Virus record (IMG/VR): IMGVR_UViG_3300049596_000585
Location: 1 to 7,208 of that record
DNA length: 7,208 nt
Origin: a virus
Lineage: Duplodnaviria; Heunggongvirae; Uroviricota; Caudoviricetes
Reading direction: 5' to 3' (one strand)
The position numbers and the translations under genes were made by a program. Within the stretch, counting starts at the first letter, position 1. Every line of letters begins with the position of its first letter. Of the stretch, positions 4,281 through 7,208 are shown piece after piece. The notes beneath the pieces are model-generated. The model saw nothing but the letters and a program-made list of their open reading frames with translations, was not told the origin of the DNA and ran no database searches.

Positions 4281-7049
4281 ATGAGCACGAAATTTAAAAC
4301 CGTTATCACTACTGCCGGAGCCGCAAAGCTGGCAGCCGCCACTGTCCCCGGCGGGAAAAAAGTAACCCTGTCTGCAATGGCCGTGGGTGACGGTAATGGC
4401 AAATTGCCGGTGCCGGATGCTGGTCAGACGAAACTGGTGCATGAGGTCTGGCGTCACGCCCTGAATAAAGTCAGCGTGGATAACAAGAATAAAAACTATA
4501 TCGTGGCTGAACTGGTTGTACCGCCAGAAGTGGGCGGCTTCTGGATGCGTGAACTTGGTCTGTATGACGATGCCGGAACACTGATTGCGGTCGCTAACAT
4601 GGTAGAAAGCTATAAGCCTGAACTGGCTGAAGGCTCCGGGCGTGCGCAGACCTGCCGCATGGTTATTATTGTCAGTAACGTGGCGTCTGTTGAGCTGAGT
4701 ATTGATGCCAGCACGGTGATGGCGACGCAGGATTACGTCGATAAAGCCATATCCAGTTTTCATCGTACTGTCATTGATGATGTGGTTCTTCAGCATAAAG
4801 TTGTCCACGATATTGACTACGCCGGGATTTTTGACGGTGCGGATAATATGAGTCAGGGGTTCTGTATCTGTGATACGCCGCAGGGAACCAGAATGTTTCT
4901 GCATCAGCCTGTATCGGGTGGCGTAAGGATTGTTGAAACGACATTTAACCCTGACGGAGAAAACGAAAACCCGACGGTCATTTCGTTTTCTCCCGTTTTC
5001 GCTGATATTGGTCACCAGAGTATCGGGGCTGTATGTGAAGACGGTCGCGTGATGCTGTATACCCCGACCGCTGACGGCAAGGGTGTGAATATCATCAACT
5101 GGAATGGGGCTGACACCAGTCTGTTGATTGTTCAGTCAAGTAATGAAGCCGTCCATCTTCATTACAACAGGGATGACCGCCGCACAGTTTATGTTTTCGA
5201 TCGCGCTTCTCTGACGTTTAAACACCGGATTTATCTGTCCACCCAGTCAATGGTGTCGCAGGCATTTCAGGGGATGGCCAGCGATGGTCATTATCTGTTT
5301 GCTTATTACGGTTATACAGGCGTATTTCTGACTCACCGCATTGTTGTATATAACCTGTCAACGGGCGAAGTTGTCAGACAGTTCAATGTGGATGGCGTTC
5401 GTGCCAGGTATGGCCGCCAGAAAATGCTGGGGAATGCAGAGCTGGGGTATCCCGTTTTGCAGGAAGCCGAAGGGCTGGCTCTTCATAACGGAAAACTGTA
5501 TCTGCTCGATATGGATTTCTGGTGTCAGACAGCAGATGTGGTTTCTTTTGAGGGGGCATACTTTGCAGCACGTGCAACAAATTTTTCTGGCCGTTCCCCG
5601 GTGAATCCATCTTACTGGACGCCTACAGCATATGGAACGGCGGCTGCAACGAAATATGATGCCACGAAGTCTTATACGTGTGGCGTGGCGACAAAACGCA
5701 GCAAAGCTGTGGTTTCCGTGGAGGCTTACGACGGCACAGGCTATCTGGTGGACTCCGGCGTGGCGTTTCCTGACAGCCATGCTAGCCTTTTTCTGAGTCC
5801 CAATGCTGTAAATATTGCCCTGTCACCCAATGAAGACTTCCAGGTGGCAGCCTATGAGCAGAATCTGCGCTCGCATCGCCCGTTATTTGAGGTCAGAAAG
5901 GAGGCTCCGGATACAGACACTTCTGCTGCTGTTTTTCGTTTGTACGGGGATGCGTTCCGAACCGGAGAATACACAGGCCGCTTCGTTCAGTGGAAACACC
6001 GACTGAACACCGTGCACGATTGTCTGGAAATACGCGCTGACGTGGATTTGTTGAGCGGTGGCGGGATTAACCTTTACTCAATGAACGATACTCAGTCGGC
6101 GGGGCGCACAAGGCTTTATTGTACCGATGGCAGTGAGACCTGGTCTGTATTATTGAGTCCGGTCTCGCCGGCATTTCATCCCGACCAGGACAAGGCAATG
6201 AATCTGGGGTCATCGCCAAATCGCTGGAATGTGGCATACCTGCAGGGCGTGAATATTAAATCGGATGACGAAACCCAGAAGCGCATGGCCATCAGCACCA
6301 CGCTGAAGGCGGGAGCTTTCCAGGTATCAACAGCCGGGAATCTGGGTATTTATGACGATTCTGCTGACGCTTATGTAATTGCAGCCCGTAGTGACGGCAC
6401 TGCATTCATGCAGATGGATACAGATATTAACGGTGCATTCCGGCCATCGGTTAACAATACCAGCGACCTGGGTGCGCCCAACAAAGCGTTCCGGAGCGTG
6501 TATCTCTGCAACTCGCCGACCGTTGTGTCGGATGCGACGTTAAAGGATACACCGCGCGATGCGACGGCAGCCGAAAACGCGGCATTTGCAGAAATAGCAC
6601 GGCTTCCGGGCGTGTGGCGCTGGTTACAGAGAATTGAGGAGGAGGGCGAGGACGCGCGTCTGCACGCCGGGCCGACAGTCCAGGCCGCGATAGCGGTGAT
6701 GGAGAAACACGGTCTGGACTGGCGGAAATACAGCGCATTTTGTCTGGATTCGTGGGAAGCGGAGGAGGCACAGTACGAAGATATACCGGAAGAGTATGAA
6801 GATATTCCGGTTCAGCCAGCGATTTATTCGGATGAAGGGGAGCTGTTGAGCGGGACAACTCGTGTGCTTACCCGACAGGCGGAAAGGGTTCTTGTTCGCC
6901 CTGCAACCGAAGCAGGAAGCCGTTATCGCTTCCGGAAAGAGGAGCTTCTCTGGTGGTGTCTACGTGCTGTTGTCAGCCAGGTGGATTTGTTAATGGAACG
7001 CTTTGTTGACTTAAATCGTCGTTTGATGAAGTTGGAGACTTCAGAATAA
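4281..7049 (+). CDS. H: Tail fibre protein gpH-like, mosaic: P2-type N-terminal anchor (about aa 1-160), divergent distal receptor-binding region (about aa 161-749), C-terminal S74-type intramolecular chaperone domain (aa 750-922)
   Basis: ORF track 4281..7049, 922 aa, against about 669 aa for P2 gpH. The N-terminus (MSTKFKTVITTAGAAKLAAA...WRHALNKVSVDNKNKNYIVAELVVPPEVGGFWMRELGLYDDAGTLIAVANMVESYKPELAEGSGR...TQDYVDKAI) has the conserved P2 H anchor character. The remainder does not resemble what I recall of P2 H. The C-terminus carries an SDATLK motif followed by ...RLHAGPTVQAA... and a terminal heptad-like segment (LLWWCLRAVVSQVDLLMERFVDLNRRLMKLE), the pattern of Peptidase_S74 intramolecular chaperone domains. 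Confidence 0.9.
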   Translation: MSTKFKTVITTAGAAKLAAATVPGGKKVTLSAMAVGDGNGKLPVPDAGQTKLVHEVWRHALNKVSVDNKNKNYIVAELVVPPEVGGFWMRELGLYDDAGTLIAVANMVESYKPELAEGSGRAQTCRMVIIVSNVASVELSIDASTVMATQDYVDKAISSFHRTVIDDVVLQHKVVHDIDYAGIFDGADNMSQGFCICDTPQGTRMFLHQPVSGGVRIVETTFNPDGENENPTVISFSPVFADIGHQSIGAVCEDGRVMLYTPTADGKGVNIINWNGADTSLLIVQSSNEAVHLHYNRDDRRTVYVFDRASLTFKHRIYLSTQSMVSQAFQGMASDGHYLFAYYGYTGVFLTHRIVVYNLSTGEVVRQFNVDGVRARYGRQKMLGNAELGYPVLQEAEGLALHNGKLYLLDMDFWCQTADVVSFEGAYFAARATNFSGRSPVNPSYWTPTAYGTAAATKYDATKSYTCGVATKRSKAVVSVEAYDGTGYLVDSGVAFPDSHASLFLSPNAVNIALSPNEDFQVAAYEQNLRSHRPLFEVRKEAPDTDTSAAVFRLYGDAFRTGEYTGRFVQWKHRLNTVHDCLEIRADVDLLSGGGINLYSMNDTQSAGRTRLYCTDGSETWSVLLSPVSPAFHPDQDKAMNLGSSPNRWNVAYLQGVNIKSDDETQKRMAISTTLKAGAFQVSTAGNLGIYDDSADAYVIAARSDGTAFMQMDTDINGAFRPSVNNTSDLGAPNKAFRSVYLCNSPTVVSDATLKDTPRDATAAENAAFAEIARLPGVWRWLQRIEEEGEDARLHAGPTVQAAIAVMEKHGLDWRKYSAFCLDSWEAEEAQYEDIPEEYEDIPVQPAIYSDEGELLSGTTRVLTRQAERVLVRPATEAGSRYRFRKEELLWWCLRAVVSQVDLLMERFVDLNRRLMKLETSE
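6528..7046 (+). other. C-terminal intramolecular chaperone / autoproteolysis domain of the tail fibre (Peptidase_S74-like); predicted cleavage just before Ser750 with a Ser750/Lys755 dyad
   Basis: TCG (Ser750) at 6528-6530 begins SDATLK, with Ser and Lys spaced 5 residues apart as in the endosialidase-type S-D-x-x-x-K dyad. Downstream are an R-x-H-x-G...Q block (ARLHAGPTVQAA) and a C-terminal amphipathic helix. Domain length is about 173 aa. Assignment is by motif recognition only. Confidence 0.6.
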
Positions 7050-7208
7050 ACAAGCCTTAATGAGTATCTGCTTAAAATAGTGTTATCTACAGATCAAACT
7101 TTAGTTGATACGAGTCACTGTCCTCCCCGTAACAACTGGAGTTAAAAGATGTGATGGCATATAAATATAACATCAAATAATTATTTTTTTTGCCCCTCAC
7201 CCTTAATT

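Noticed and set aside
3276-4402. ORFs embedded in or antisense to J, I and H (3276..3497 -, 3358..3969 -, 3615..3824 -, 3744..3992 +, 3773..3979 -, 4028..4402 -)
   Set aside because: They are antisense or out-of-frame overlaps of strongly supported tail genes, and their compositions are atypical.
4251-6858. Antisense or alternative-frame ORFs inside H (4251..5015 -, 5341..5604 +, 5358..5780 -, 5383..5610 -, 5815..6006 +, 6451..6858 -)
   Set aside because: All lie within the 922-aa tail fibre gene. Their translations are Arg/Cys/His-rich and no RBS was evident.
4281-7049. Invertible or DGR-type variable tail-fibre segment
   Set aside because: There are no flanking inverted crossover repeats around the 3' part of H, no recombinase, and no template repeat or reverse transcriptase in the window.
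1-7208. tRNA, rRNA, CRISPR array, integrase or att site
   Set aside because: No cloverleaf-like conserved tRNA segments, no regularly spaced direct repeats, and no integrase-like ORF were seen. Attachment sites cannot be identified without the prophage ends.

Overview
This window covers the head/tail boundary of a P2-like myophage or prophage, probably in an enterobacterial host (inferred from gene content, order and sizes; no database search was possible). From left to right: (1) a leftward partial gene of the head/packaging module, tentatively a portal, that runs off the left edge; (2) an apparent switch of coding strand around 700-800, a short rightward ORF tail ending at 914, and a perfect 13-bp stem-loop at 944-980; (3) a strongly AT-rich, leftward 261-aa predicted three-TM membrane protein (986-1771) in the slot where P2 carries the non-essential orf30 cargo; (4) the late tail operon V-W-J-I-H (1855-7049) in canonical P2 order with sizes 211/115/302/176 aa and overlapping, translationally coupled junctions. 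H is a 922-aa mosaic with a P2-type N-terminal anchor, a divergent distal region of about 590 aa, and a C-terminal S74-type intramolecular chaperone domain carrying an SDATLK Ser/Lys motif. No gpG-like chaperone gene starts in the 159 bp after H. No tRNA, rRNA or CRISPR array was seen. The two best leads are the AT-rich membrane-protein cargo gene (candidate exclusion or defence function) and the chaperone-bearing mosaic tail fibre.
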